From Brumimicrobium sp. (GTDB lineage: Bacteria > Bacteroidota > Bacteroidia > Flavobacteriales_D > Crocinitomicaceae), in contig JAWVYS010000005.1 of assembly GCA_033722555.1 (NCBI GenBank), forward strand, positions 30,724 through 94,723: DNA of 64,000 nucleotides, in the 5' to 3' direction. This document shows positions 9,079 through 18,984 of the stretch, piece after piece; position 1 is the first letter of the stretch; each line of letters starts with the position of its first letter. The notes below the pieces were generated by a model that did not search any database, had not been told where the DNA came from, and saw only the letters and a program-made list of their open reading frames with translations. The position numbers were made by a program, and so were the translations under genes.

Positions 9079-10063
9079 AAGGGACGTAGTTATTAATAGC
9101 CTTTTTTATTGCTTCCACATCTTGATCCACCATGCATTTGAAATGTTTTTTTGGACATTTTTGGAATCCGATCTTGGAACAAGGCCGGCAGGAAAGCCCT
9201 TTAACTTCGTGAATCGAATAATTCCCTTTGTTTCCCGGCTTATAAGGATACATGCCGAACTCGGGAACTGTATTCCCCCATACACTAACAATAGGGGTGT
9301 CAAAGGCTGACGCTATGTGCATCAAACCTGTGTCATGTGTTAAAAGAACCTTCGCTTGCCTAACAACGGATGCAGACTGATTTAAGTTCAGCTTACCACA
9401 CATGTTGAAAAAGGTTGTGTTTTCTGCCCTATTAATTATTTCCTCACCAATTTCTTGATCTTCCGCACCACCAAGTAAAACTACGGGAAGTATCGAACCT
9501 GACAATATGGAAGATAATTTTTCGCTCGGAAGTCTCTTGGTCGCGAATTGTGCTCCCAATGCAACTGCAATTATTTTGTCGGTTTGAAAATTTTCTATCA
9601 GGTTTATCTGATCATTTTCAGGGATAAAATAATCCAGGCCTTGCTGATCATTCTTTACCCCGAGGTTTTTGACTGCTTCAAAATATCTGTCAACAATGTG
9701 CACGTCCGGTAGGAGATTCCATTTAAAATTGACGTATGTCCATTTTTCAACATTGAGTTTTGGAAATGAATAACTCTTTGACTTTAGATGATTTTTGATT
9801 TTTGCCGTACGAATATTTTTATGGAGATCAATGACATAGTCAAAGTTTTCATTTTTCAGATTCTCGATCACCTCTTTATTCTCCTTACCCCATGTATGAA
9901 TTTTATCTACGTGCGGATTGGAATTAAACAGAATCGCATACTGATACTTTGTCAGAACATGCAGTTCCACACTGTTTAGCTGTGTTTTAATTCCACGTAA
10001 AACAGGACTCGTAAGCACGATGTCGCCGATGGAACTAAAGCGTATGACAAGAATTTTGGTCAT
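9077..10063 (-). CDS. Glycosyltransferase family 9 (heptosyltransferase-like)
   Basis: MTKILVIRFSSIGDIVLT start motif, THDTGLMHIASAF, CRPCSKIG...C. Start moved from the track's 10135 to 10063, where TAATTTTG lies 5 nt upstream. Confidence 0.92.
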   Translation of the reverse strand: MTKILVIRFSSIGDIVLTSPVLRGIKTQLNSVELHVLTKYQYAILFNSNPHVDKIHTWGKENKEVIENLKNENFDYVIDLHKNIRTAKIKNHLKSKSYSFPKLNVEKWTYVNFKWNLLPDVHIVDRYFEAVKNLGVKNDQQGLDYFIPENDQINLIENFQTDKIIAVALGAQFATKRLPSEKLSSILSGSILPVVLLGGAEDQEIGEEIINRAENTTFFNMCGKLNLNQSASVVRQAKVLLTHDTGLMHIASAFDTPIVSVWGNTVPEFGMYPYKPGNKGNYSIHEVKGLSCRPCSKIGFQKCPKKHFKCMVDQDVEAIKKAINNYVP

Positions 10064-10157
10064 TCCTACAAAATTAGCACAAATCGGCAATTTAATAACC
10101 TCACAACGGAGGCAAAAAAGTTCCCGAATTTGCACGAAATATCTGTACCTTTGTTCT

Positions 10158-10544
10158 ATGGATTATGCCGTAGAAATAAAGTTTAAGGAACTTGTTAAAG
10201 AACTGGAAAAAACATTCGGTGGAGGGCTGGATGTTCAGGCGATTCTCTTCCTCATAGGCGTCCAGGAACTTGGCAAAGGCCACCAGAAATATTCAAAGCG
10301 CGAGAAAACAGAATTAATGCATGTAGCAGTATGTACCGTCCTTGAACCGTATGGATTTTATAAAACCGTGGGCAGAGACGAGGATAATTGGCCTCATTTC
10401 GAATTCATAAAAGAATTACCTCCTTTGGATGAGAGACAACAACAACATCTCATAAAAGAAGCGATACTAGAGTATTTTACTGCTGAGAAAAATGAATCAC
10501 CCGATACAATAAAAATTCCATCGGTTTTGCGATACAAAGATTAG
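10158..10544 (+). CDS. Conserved hypothetical protein (128 aa)
   Basis: ATG at 10158 after TACCTTTG; LFLIGVQELG...K.ELMHVAVC.VLEPYG.Y resembles a conserved Bacteroidota family. Confidence 0.8.
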   Translation: MDYAVEIKFKELVKELEKTFGGGLDVQAILFLIGVQELGKGHQKYSKREKTELMHVAVCTVLEPYGFYKTVGRDEDNWPHFEFIKELPPLDERQQQHLIKEAILEYFTAEKNESPDTIKIPSVLRYKD

Positions 10545-10546
10545 AA

Positions 10547-11563
10547 CTAATGTGCTTCTACTGTTTCCTTTAAGCAACTCATAGCTTTTTCCACCATTTT
10601 CTTGGAACCCACAAAGTAACCGCATCGCTGATGAAGTTCAACAGGCTCAATATCCAGGATTCTGCGATAACCGTCTGTAGCCAAACCTCCTGCTTGTTCA
10701 GCGATAAACGCAAGCGGATTACACTCATATAAAAGCCTTAATCGCCCCTTCTGATGGTTGCTTGTGGTAGGATAAATATAAATCCCACCCTTTAACAGAT
10801 TCCGATGAAAATCAGCTACTAAAGAACCAATGTATCTTCCGGAATAAGGCCTTCCTGTTTCCGGGTCATCTTCGCGACAGAACTGTACATAATCTTTCAA
10901 ACCGGGATCACATCTATCGAGGTTCCCTTCATTCATGGAATAGGTTTTTCCCGTTTCGGGCATTTTAATATTCGGATGTGAAAGACAGAACTCACCGATC
11001 GAAGGATCTAGCGTAAAACCATTAACGCCTTTTCCTGTGGAGTATACAAGCATGGTGGAGGACCCGTAGATTACATAACCAGCTGCGACCTGTTCAGAAC
11101 CTTTTTGCAGAAGATCTTCTTTTGTGCAAAGCGAACCAACCTCAGATTTTCTTCTGTAAATTGAAAATATGGTGCCGATAGAAACATTTACGTCAATATT
11201 CGAAGAACCATCCAAAGGATCAAATAGAACAACATATTTACCCTTTTTTGACTGTTCATTCTCGAAAGCCACAAAATCATCATTCTCTTCAGAAGCTATT
11301 CCACAGACTTCACCTCCGTTTTTGAATGCCCGTATAAAAGCTTCATCAGCAATGACATCCAATTTCTGCTGATCTTCCCCCTGAACATTTTGCTCGCCTT
11401 TAGCACCGAGAATATCCACAAGCCCGGCACGATTTACGTCACGGTTCACTATTTTGGAGGCTATGGAAATATCGTTGAGCAAACTTGTAAGTTCACCAGT
11501 GGCAAAAGGAAAATCCTTTTGACGCTGCATGATGAATTCACTAAGGGTGATGATCTGTGACAT
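10547..11563 (-). CDS. fbp: Fructose-1,6-bisphosphatase class 1
   Basis: [43 protein letters not shown]. Confidence 0.97.
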   Translation of the reverse strand: MSQIITLSEFIMQRQKDFPFATGELTSLLNDISIASKIVNRDVNRAGLVDILGAKGEQNVQGEDQQKLDVIADEAFIRAFKNGGEVCGIASEENDDFVAFENEQSKKGKYVVLFDPLDGSSNIDVNVSIGTIFSIYRRKSEVGSLCTKEDLLQKGSEQVAAGYVIYGSSTMLVYSTGKGVNGFTLDPSIGEFCLSHPNIKMPETGKTYSMNEGNLDRCDPGLKDYVQFCREDDPETGRPYSGRYIGSLVADFHRNLLKGGIYIYPTTSNHQKGRLRLLYECNPLAFIAEQAGGLATDGYRRILDIEPVELHQRCGYFVGSKKMVEKAMSCLKETVEAH

Positions 11564-11698
11564 AATATTGAACTTTTTGCAAATATCGTGAATTGTTGTT
11601 TAATTATTGCATTTAATCGTTCAAGAGTTGTAGGTTATAACATTTCGATAATTGTACTGAGATACTTCACCTTTATGAAAAATTGATAAATTCGTATC

Positions 11699-12343
11699 AT
11701 GCGAGCATTAGAATATTTTCGGTCTTTTTTCGAATCATCACTTCTGGAAGAAATTAAGGAGAATTCAAAAGAGGTTTCTGTCAGGGCAGGAGACGTTATT
11801 CTTGACTATGGCGAAATTGTTAGGAATATTCCATTGATCGCTTCGGGAGTGGTGAAAGTTTTGCGCAGAGATGAAGAGGGTAATGAGCTATTACTTTATT
11901 ATGTCAATGCAAAGGAGAGTTGTGCAATGACCTTTACCTGCTGTATGGAACAAATGCCCAGTGAAATCAGAGCTATAGCAGAAGAGGATGTTGAGCTACT
12001 ATCCATTCCTACGGCGTGCATGGATCAGTGGTTAATGAAATATCCTTCATGGAAGAGATTTGTCATGCGCACGATCAAAAACCGTTTCAATGAACTTCTT
12101 CATACCATTGATGAAATAGCTTTCCATAAACTGGATGAGAGGCTGAAAAATTATTTGCTGCAAAGGGCGAAAATTACAGGTTCAAAATTACTAAACGTCT
12201 CCCATGAGGAAATAGCAAGTGATATGGCAACTTCACGTGTGGTTATTTCACGGCTACTGAAAAAACTTGAAAACGATAAGCGCTTATTGTTGTATAGAAA
12301 CCAGATTAAGCTATTGAGCAATTTCGAAGACGAAACGCAGTAG
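11699..12343 (+). CDS. Crp/Fnr family transcriptional regulator
   Basis: cNMP-like domain (GVVKVLRRDEEGNELLLYY...CAMTFTCC) plus HTH SHEEIASDMATSRVVISRLLK. Confidence 0.92.
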   Translation: MRALEYFRSFFESSLLEEIKENSKEVSVRAGDVILDYGEIVRNIPLIASGVVKVLRRDEEGNELLLYYVNAKESCAMTFTCCMEQMPSEIRAIAEEDVELLSIPTACMDQWLMKYPSWKRFVMRTIKNRFNELLHTIDEIAFHKLDERLKNYLLQRAKITGSKLLNVSHEEIASDMATSRVVISRLLKKLENDKRLLLYRNQIKLLSNFEDETQ

Positions 12344-12386
12344 CACAATATTATTTATCCCTATTGAAAGCAGGCTTCAGGATCAT

Positions 12387-15300
12387 TTACCACACCCTGT
12401 AATCCATTTCTTTATTATGCATGCGGGACGTAGGGACCTGATTACCGTTTGATAACTTTTTTACTTCTTCGATGACATACTCCTGAAGTTCTGATACTGT
12501 TATGGTTTTATCGTTGTTTAAATCAGCTTTTCGGCTTTTTAAAGCATGGATAAGACTATATGTAAAAAGTCCATTTTCATATTTAGAACTTTCAAATGCC
12601 AGCTCAGTCCCTCCCGAACTTGAAATTACTGTGGCGCCCGTTCCTCTGCGCAGGTCGAGGAAAACTTGCTTCATCAAATAATTAATATTCTTGAATCCCA
12701 GTGGATCATCTTTGAAACTTATACCGGCTCCTACGTTTCTAAATCTCCATTCTTCCGTAGAATCAATAGTGATATGTTCGTTTTTCTCAACCTCCTCCTT
12801 ATCGATTTCTCCTGAATGACAGGTGTCCAGGATCAATAATTTCTTCAGAGCTTTGATGCCATCAATAAGTTCTTCAATTTTTTTATAAGGAATCCCTCGT
12901 TTCGAAGGATCATCAAAGTCGATGTCGTGGCTGGCAAAATAATAATCGAAATTTTCATCCAATATCCCGTGTCCTGCAACAAAAATCAAAACAAAATCAT
13001 CAACGTCGGCCTGAGCGAGAAATTCGGTTAATTCTTCCAGGTTTTCAAGATTTACTTCTTTGTCTGTAAGGGATTTGGTATAAACTGAACCGAAAAAATC
13101 ACTTTCATTGAAGAGTTTTTCCATATCTGCTGCATCTTTAGCTGCGTAAGCAAGATTGAATCGTTTATCGGCATACTTGCTTACTCCGATAGTAACCACA
13201 TAAGCATTCGGTTTTTTCTTTCCTTCTTTACAATAAACGTTTATAACTTCTTTGAAGCTCTCAGCTCCGGACTGATTGAGGGTGCTCACTTCGATTTTAT
13301 TGTCCCCGTAACTCAAATTCAACGGAACCGTTACGGTAAGTTCTGCTGTATCCAGAGACCTTATATTATGACCCAATGAACCCAGAACTGCTACTTCATT
13401 TATCCAGACCTTATAACTTTCCAGCTTGTGTTTCGAGTCACTGAGACTTAGTTCAAGTTCAAGCTTTTTACTCGCTGTTTCACCGGGTATTTTTTCTTTG
13501 TTCAGGATTTGTACTTCAGGTAAATGGAAATCACTCGATAAAGCCTTCTCTGTGAGATTTAGTTTTTTAAGGCGCTTTTCATACGCACGTTCGTAAGCGG
13601 TGATGAGATCTTTGTTCATATATCCGAGTTTTTCGAGAACAAGGTCGGGTCGGTTGTATTTAAGGTCAAATTGATCAGGATAGAAAAATTGCCCTTGATA
13701 ACGAAAACCGATTTCATCGATAGCGCCCTTGGAGATGAGGTAATAATTGTCGGCAGTGATAATTACGACCTCATTGTTTTGAAAAGGAATAATAGAGGCG
13801 ATTAGTTCCTTTTTCGAAAAATCCCAAAGTTTCACTGTACCGTCATCACTGGAACTGATGAAAACGTTTTTGGAGGGGTGAAAACTGATATCCGTAACCC
13901 GATCCGAATGCCCGGTAAAAGAAGCCTCTACGGTGTAAGTCTCGGCATTCAGAAAAACAATTCGATGTTCATGATCACTTAAAATGATCAGGTTTCTATC
14001 GAAAAAAAGTGAATGCGCATTTATTTCAGAAACCTGCAGGTACTTTTTCTGATCAATTTTGTAAATGAACTGCCCGCGTTCACGGCTGCTAAGCCAGAGT
14101 GTATTTGGGTTGAGAACTCTAAAGTCATTCAACATAAAAGGTAGAGAGTCTTTACGAAAGAAATAATCTCCGTTCTCCTTTCTCCAAAAATAAAGTGTTC
14201 CTGAGTTTTCGAGTAAGCTTACGAACTGGTCTTTTTCGGTAAATCGGGCATCTTTCCAATTGCGATTATCTTCATAAGCATACAAATGCTTTACTTCTTG
14301 TCTTTCAGGATAGGCCAGTGTAATGTTAGGGATATCTGTTTTACCTGTTAGCAGAACAGCTTTATTATCCAGGGAAATATCGCAGGTCAAAACTTCGCCA
14401 ATGGGTTCCTGATATAATCCGAACAGATTTTGTAGCAAAAGGCCTTTCGACCTTGTGAGCTCATGCTCTCTGAATTTAACCGTTTCCGCTGCTGAAAATG
14501 AACTCAGATCTTTCTTTATTTCGAGGGAATTATTTGAATTAGAAACGTAATAAGCCTGATCTCCTTTAAAACTGGACTTCTTTATGTTATTGATAGATTG
14601 AGGATAATTCGTTACGCGCGTGTTCGGGAAAAGAGCATTGAAATCTACAGAATATAAATTTCCAAGTTCGTCGCCTATATGAATTTCATTTCCATTGTGA
14701 CTGAAAACAGCAGTATTCTTTCTGAATATGTTTGAATACAACCTGAATTTAACCCGGTAATTCTTAGCGTCCCAGATAATTATGCTGCGGTCTTTGCCGG
14801 CGGTAGCAAAGAATTTACCGTCCGGAGAAAAACGAACATCCCTGGCGGGGGAATTATGTTCCTGCATAATCACAATTTTCTTACCTCTTTGGTAAGTATA
14901 GCAGTATATTGCATTGTTTTCTGCAACTCCTACGATGAGATCATTTTCTTTGGAAACATCGAAGGCATAAAAAGAGGCATTTGTGTAGGTTACCGAAATC
15001 CAGTATCTGGCAAAAAACCTGTCCTTTTTTTCTTTCTTGATCGCACCTTTTTTAATGAAGGTTTTATGCAATCCGTCAGGGTCATTAAAAGTGTCCTTTT
15101 TACGGAACAGGGTGTCGCCGTCAAAGGGCCTTGTTTCAAGTGCGTCTGAACTGATCTCAAATAAATAGGTGCTCTTCTTGCTTTGGATTTTTACTTTTTC
15201 ATCATTTTCGATGAATTTAATACCGATTATTTCATCGCTTTCGGGAAGTTTAAATCGCGTAAGTGCTTTTCTGAAATTGAGGTCCCAGATTATACCTTCA

Positions 15301-15458
15301 TTGTTAAGGCTCCAGCTGATAATGTAATTACCATTTTCCGAAAATTCGATCCTGTCAATGGCAGAAGAATGGCCTTTTTGTGGTGCCAATTCTACCTGTT
15401 GAGCAACGGAACTCATCGAAAGAAGGAAGGTCAGAAACTGAAACAGGTATTTATTCAT
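12387..15458 (-). CDS. Secreted WD40-repeat protein with C-terminal caspase-like (C14) peptidase domain
   Basis: Signal peptide MNKYLFQF... (start 15458 overlaps the upstream stop, ATGAATAA); GH...WD repeats; catalytic FVAGHG and ILDTCHSG; SSSGGTELAFE...NGLFT. Confidence 0.9.
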   Translation of the reverse strand: MNKYLFQFLTFLLSMSSVAQQVELAPQKGHSSAIDRIEFSENGNYIISWSLNNEGIIWDLNFRKALTRFKLPESDEIIGIKFIENDEKVKIQSKKSTYLFEISSDALETRPFDGDTLFRKKDTFNDPDGLHKTFIKKGAIKKEKKDRFFARYWISVTYTNASFYAFDVSKENDLIVGVAENNAIYCYTYQRGKKIVIMQEHNSPARDVRFSPDGKFFATAGKDRSIIIWDAKNYRVKFRLYSNIFRKNTAVFSHNGNEIHIGDELGNLYSVDFNALFPNTRVTNYPQSINNIKKSSFKGDQAYYVSNSNNSLEIKKDLSSFSAAETVKFREHELTRSKGLLLQNLFGLYQEPIGEVLTCDISLDNKAVLLTGKTDIPNITLAYPERQEVKHLYAYEDNRNWKDARFTEKDQFVSLLENSGTLYFWRKENGDYFFRKDSLPFMLNDFRVLNPNTLWLSSRERGQFIYKIDQKKYLQVSEINAHSLFFDRNLIILSDHEHRIVFLNAETYTVEASFTGHSDRVTDISFHPSKNVFISSSDDGTVKLWDFSKKELIASIIPFQNNEVVIITADNYYLISKGAIDEIGFRYQGQFFYPDQFDLKYNRPDLVLEKLGYMNKDLITAYERAYEKRLKKLNLTEKALSSDFHLPEVQILNKEKIPGETASKKLELELSLSDSKHKLESYKVWINEVAVLGSLGHNIRSLDTAELTVTVPLNLSYGDNKIEVSTLNQSGAESFKEVINVYCKEGKKKPNAYVVTIGVSKYADKRFNLAYAAKDAADMEKLFNESDFFGSVYTKSLTDKEVNLENLEELTEFLAQADVDDFVLIFVAGHGILDENFDYYFASHDIDFDDPSKRGIPYKKIEELIDGIKALKKLLILDTCHSGEIDKEEVEKNEHITIDSTEEWRFRNVGAGISFKDDPLGFKNINYLMKQVFLDLRRGTGATVISSSGGTELAFESSKYENGLFTYSLIHALKSRKADLNNDKTITVSELQEYVIEEVKKLSNGNQVPTSRMHNKEMDYRVW

Positions 15459-16197
15459 GGTATACATCATGTTTTTTTCTGAGATCACTTAGTCCGAGCA
15501 GGTCATAACTCACGTGAAGTTCTATCTGAGCAATATCTGCACGTATTCTGAGTTTACTGAGTCTGGTTCGTGACATAAAACGCATGGATACCTGAACCTT
15601 TCCAAAACTTTTTCCGACACCAAAGAAATTTTGTCGGTAAAAACCTTCGTTGTAAAGAATGTTTTTAAAATGACCGTCCCCGTGATCTGTCCCACCCTTG
15701 TATATCGGGCCGTCAGAAAAGAGATACGGTGCGCCGGCATGCTGGAAATCGAAATTTTTCCCGTAGGTCAACACGGTCCCTACACTTAAAAACATACTGT
15801 TATTCTTTTTGAAGAGTTGATAAGAGTAAAATATGGGCAGTCGGAAGGCCTTCATTCCAACTACTCTTTCGGAATAGGATTCCCCTTGAAACCTGAAAAC
15901 AGATCGCCGCATGAAGTATTGCGGTTCCAGACTGAGGGTAGATTTTCTGAAATTGTAGCAGATCATAGTACCCAGGGAATAACCGTTAAATATGTGAGAC
16001 CTGTTGATGACACCCTGACCCTCGACATTTTCGTAATAGGTGAAATCAGCATTTTCAGGCGTATAAACGGAATCCAAAAATTTGGTAGACTGCAGAATTT
16101 GAACGGCACCCGAAACTTTCAATCTGAGATCCTGATTTTGCGCATTTCCTGAAAGATAAAACAACAGGAAAAGAATGATTGCACTTGTGTTTTTCAT
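15451..16197 (-). CDS. Putative outer-membrane beta-barrel protein
   Basis: Signal peptide, alternating amphipathic beta pattern, translationally coupled to both neighbours. Confidence 0.65.
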   Translation of the reverse strand: MKNTSAIILFLLFYLSGNAQNQDLRLKVSGAVQILQSTKFLDSVYTPENADFTYYENVEGQGVINRSHIFNGYSLGTMICYNFRKSTLSLEPQYFMRRSVFRFQGESYSERVVGMKAFRLPIFYSYQLFKKNNSMFLSVGTVLTYGKNFDFQHAGAPYLFSDGPIYKGGTDHGDGHFKNILYNEGFYRQNFFGVGKSFGKVQVSMRFMSRTRLSKLRIRADIAQIELHVSYDLLGLSDLRKKHDVYHE

Positions 16198-16853
16198 TTC
16201 CTGTAAAAATAATATCTGACCCCGCCCATGTATCCAAGGATGATAGGGGTTTTATTAAATAAGTTATTGGTGAGTGCATAGGTTCCCGAAATATGAAGGT
16301 ACATAGGGATTCGACCAAATCTGAACCGGATAAACTCTATCATTAAGCTCATGTTTACCCTGCTTTCATCGAAATCGGATAATTTTTTTTTGTAATGGTA
16401 TCCGAGTCCGTATTCAGAAAGGAAATAAAAACTGAATAACCTGCCTTTCAGAGCGAGAAAAGGGCGAAAGACGGTCCCCATTACATAGTGCTCATTGCCC
16501 TTGACCAATGAGAAGTGGAGTCCGAACGAATTCATTTCTGTACGTCTCCGATCATTCAGTGCGAGAAGCAGCTTTCTATCCTTCAGAAACAGAAAATTAT
16601 ATCCCAGGTGAAGGGCCTGGTTGGCAACAAAATTCTGATCCGGGGTGGTTTGAACATTCATTAAGCCCAGAGAAAGTGAATGCTTTCCTCGTGTATAAGG
16701 AGTCAGAAAAGATTGATCGTATTTCTCCTCTTCAAACGATATTGCTGTGCCTTCTAGGGGCTGGGCACCCAAAAAAGCTTGAAACATAGCAAAAACCAGA
16801 AATAGTGAACTTTTCAAAGCATCATACGATGTCAAAATCCTAAAATGTACCAC
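16194..16853 (-). CDS. Putative outer-membrane beta-barrel protein
   Basis: Beta-strand pattern ending GGVRYYFYRK; 4-nt overlap with the next gene; start uncertain. Confidence 0.6.
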   Translation of the reverse strand: MVHFRILTSYDALKSSLFLVFAMFQAFLGAQPLEGTAISFEEEKYDQSFLTPYTRGKHSLSLGLMNVQTTPDQNFVANQALHLGYNFLFLKDRKLLLALNDRRRTEMNSFGLHFSLVKGNEHYVMGTVFRPFLALKGRLFSFYFLSEYGLGYHYKKKLSDFDESRVNMSLMIEFIRFRFGRIPMYLHISGTYALTNNLFNKTPIILGYMGGVRYYFYRK

Positions 16854-16976
16854 TCGATCGCAAAATTTTCAGCAAATTATAGCTTTCTCCGAAAAAAACC
16901 GAATTATATGCTAAAATATTCAGTGTAAGGAGAGAATCTTGGAATTCTTATTAGAATTACATGTATAAATCCGAAA

Positions 16977-16992
16977 TGTGATTTAAGTTACC
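16977..16992 (+). promoter_or_regulatory. Crp-like box TGTGA-N6-TTACC
   Basis: Perfect TGTGA half-site and degenerate second half, 21 nt upstream of TAGCTTTG (17014-17021). Confidence 0.4.
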
Positions 16993-17046
16993 GAAATCGA
17001 TTTTAAATAGGATTAGCTTTGTATTGAACTTAAAAGAGATTAGAAT

Positions 17047-17310
17047 ATGTCGAACAAGAAAAAAATCATTGACGTTAGAACAATTCAGGAATTTCAGGGC
17101 GGAAATATAGCCGACAGCTTAAACATCCCTCTGAATGAGGTTCCCAACCGTATTGAAGAAATCCGTAGAATGCAACCCGTTATTTTATGCTGTGCATCAG
17201 GTGGACGAAGCGGTCAGGCAGCCGAATTCCTGAAAGGGCATGGTATTGAATGCGAAAATGGCGGAGGCTGGATGGAATTGAATTACAAACTGAATATGCA
17301 AAATCACTAA
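17047..17310 (+). CDS. Rhodanese-like domain protein
   Basis: IIDVRTIQEFQGGNIADSLNIPL, CCASGGRS active-site loop. Confidence 0.9.
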   Translation: MSNKKKIIDVRTIQEFQGGNIADSLNIPLNEVPNRIEEIRRMQPVILCCASGGRSGQAAEFLKGHGIECENGGGWMELNYKLNMQNH

Positions 17311-17312
17311 TC

Positions 17313-17618
17313 ATGGGATTGTTTCAAAAGTTATTTAAGGGGCGAACTGTACCGTCCTACAGTCAGTTGAAGGAAGAGGGAGCTCAGATCATTGACGTGC
17401 GAACCAGAGAAGAGTTCAGACAAGGACATATTAAGGGTTCAATAAATCTTCCCCTTGACGAACTGAATGGAAAAATTAATCAGCTCAATAAAGAAAAAGC
17501 AGTTATTACTTGTTGTGCTTCAGGCATGAGAAGCGGTGCGGCGAAGAGAATTCTCAAAGCAAAAGGCTTTAATGTATATAACGGGGGTGGCTGGCGTTCC
17601 CTGAATGATAAAATTTAA
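17313..17618 (+). CDS. Rhodanese-like domain protein
   Basis: Start MGLFQKLF at 17313; IIDVRTREEFRQGHIKGSINLPL, CCASGMRS. Confidence 0.9.
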   Translation: MGLFQKLFKGRTVPSYSQLKEEGAQIIDVRTREEFRQGHIKGSINLPLDELNGKINQLNKEKAVITCCASGMRSGAAKRILKAKGFNVYNGGGWRSLNDKI

Positions 17619-17660
17619 CGGATTTAATTTGATTTGAAATTGGAATTCATTTAAATTTGC

Positions 17661-17768
17661 CCCACACAATAGCGCAAGCATGTTATCAATTTTTTCTATT
17701 GTCCAAAGTACGAAAGACTGATAACATGAAAGAAGAGACTCACTCCCACGGACTGAGTCTTTTTTTTT
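17661..17768 (+). ncRNA. Candidate stand-alone small RNA (~105 nt)
   Basis: TAAATTTG (17652-17659), 10-bp CATGTTATCA/TGATAACATG stem, AGACTCA/TGAGTCT terminator with T9. pdxA has its own TATTTTTG (17824-17831). Confidence 0.5.
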
Positions 17769-17878
17769 AGTCCCCAATCACCAAGTTTCAACGTCTTCCG
17801 AACATGCATCCGTAAACTATTGTTATTTTTGTGTTACCGGAAAAGGTTTAATTTCCTTAGCCGAAAACACGTAAGAAA

Positions 17879-18982
17879 ATGGATAAGAAAATACAGAAAG
17901 AAAACTTTAAATCAAATCGCGACCCCATACGTGTAGGAATTACAACCGGTGATGTAAATGGCATTGGTCCGGAAATAATTATTAAAGCCCTGCGGGACAG
18001 TCAAATTCTGGTTGAATGCACTCCAATCATTTATGGTTCTACGAAAACGATGTCATACCACAAGAAGGCGATCAACGATGAGCTGTTCACTTACCATCGT
18101 GTTGAAGATGCATCAGCGGCCCAGCACAGGAAGGTGAATATTGTGGCATGTTGGAATGAAATAGTAGATATGAAACTGGGCGAAGCCAATGAGACTGGCG
18201 GTAAATATGCTTTTCAGTCTCTTGAAAGAGCTACCCAGGATCTTGCTTCCGGAAAAATTGATGTCCTCGTTACTGCGCCAATTTCCAAGGAAACTATTCA
18301 GAAAGCCGGATTTGAGTTTCCGGGTCATACCGAATACCTGGCCGACCTTTCCGGTATGAAAGAAGCATTAATGATGATGGTTGCGGATGAACTGCGGGTT
18401 GCATTGGTAACTTCTCATATTTCCTTAAAGGAGGTTCCGTCAGCCATTACCAAGGAGAAAATTGATGCTAAATTTCGACAGTTTGAGGCTAGTTTAAAAA
18501 AAGATTTTGGTATAATCCGGCCTAGAATTGCGGTCCTTGGACTCAATCCTCACGCCGGTGAAAAAGGAAAGATGGGTTCGGAAGAGGCCGATGTTATAAA
18601 CCCTGTAATTCAGTCCTTGAAAAATGAGGGATTGTTGGCGTTTGGACCGTATCCTTCGGATGGTTTTTTTGGCAGTAGACAGTACACTTCATTCGATGGT
18701 GTTCTGGCCATGTATCATGATCAGGGATTAACAGGATTTAAATCGCTCGCTTTTAACGATGGAGTTAATTTCACAGCCGGGCTTCCAATCGTAAGAACTT
18801 CGCCCGATCACGGGACGGCTTTCGATATTGCAGGAAAGGGCATTGCTGACGAACAATCGATGAGAAGCGCTATTTACCTTGCAATGGACGTGTATCGTAC
18901 ACGTAATTTTATTAAAGAAATCAATGAAGATCCTCTCCCGGTAAGTAAGGAAGGGGATAAGAAACATCTGAAAAGAAATTAA
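17879..18982 (+). CDS. pdxA: 4-hydroxythreonine-4-phosphate dehydrogenase
   Basis: GDVNGIGPE, GHTEYL, NPHAGE, MYHDQG, RTSPDHGTAFDIAGKG. Confidence 0.97.
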   Translation: MDKKIQKENFKSNRDPIRVGITTGDVNGIGPEIIIKALRDSQILVECTPIIYGSTKTMSYHKKAINDELFTYHRVEDASAAQHRKVNIVACWNEIVDMKLGEANETGGKYAFQSLERATQDLASGKIDVLVTAPISKETIQKAGFEFPGHTEYLADLSGMKEALMMMVADELRVALVTSHISLKEVPSAITKEKIDAKFRQFEASLKKDFGIIRPRIAVLGLNPHAGEKGKMGSEEADVINPVIQSLKNEGLLAFGPYPSDGFFGSRQYTSFDGVLAMYHDQGLTGFKSLAFNDGVNFTAGLPIVRTSPDHGTAFDIAGKGIADEQSMRSAIYLAMDVYRTRNFIKEINEDPLPVSKEGDKKHLKRN

Positions 18983-18984
18983 AT

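Noticed and set aside
9032-9310. 92-aa plus-strand ORF beginning in repeat copy 3
   Set aside because: It runs through the terminator hairpin and antisense over the GT9 gene; a shadow ORF.
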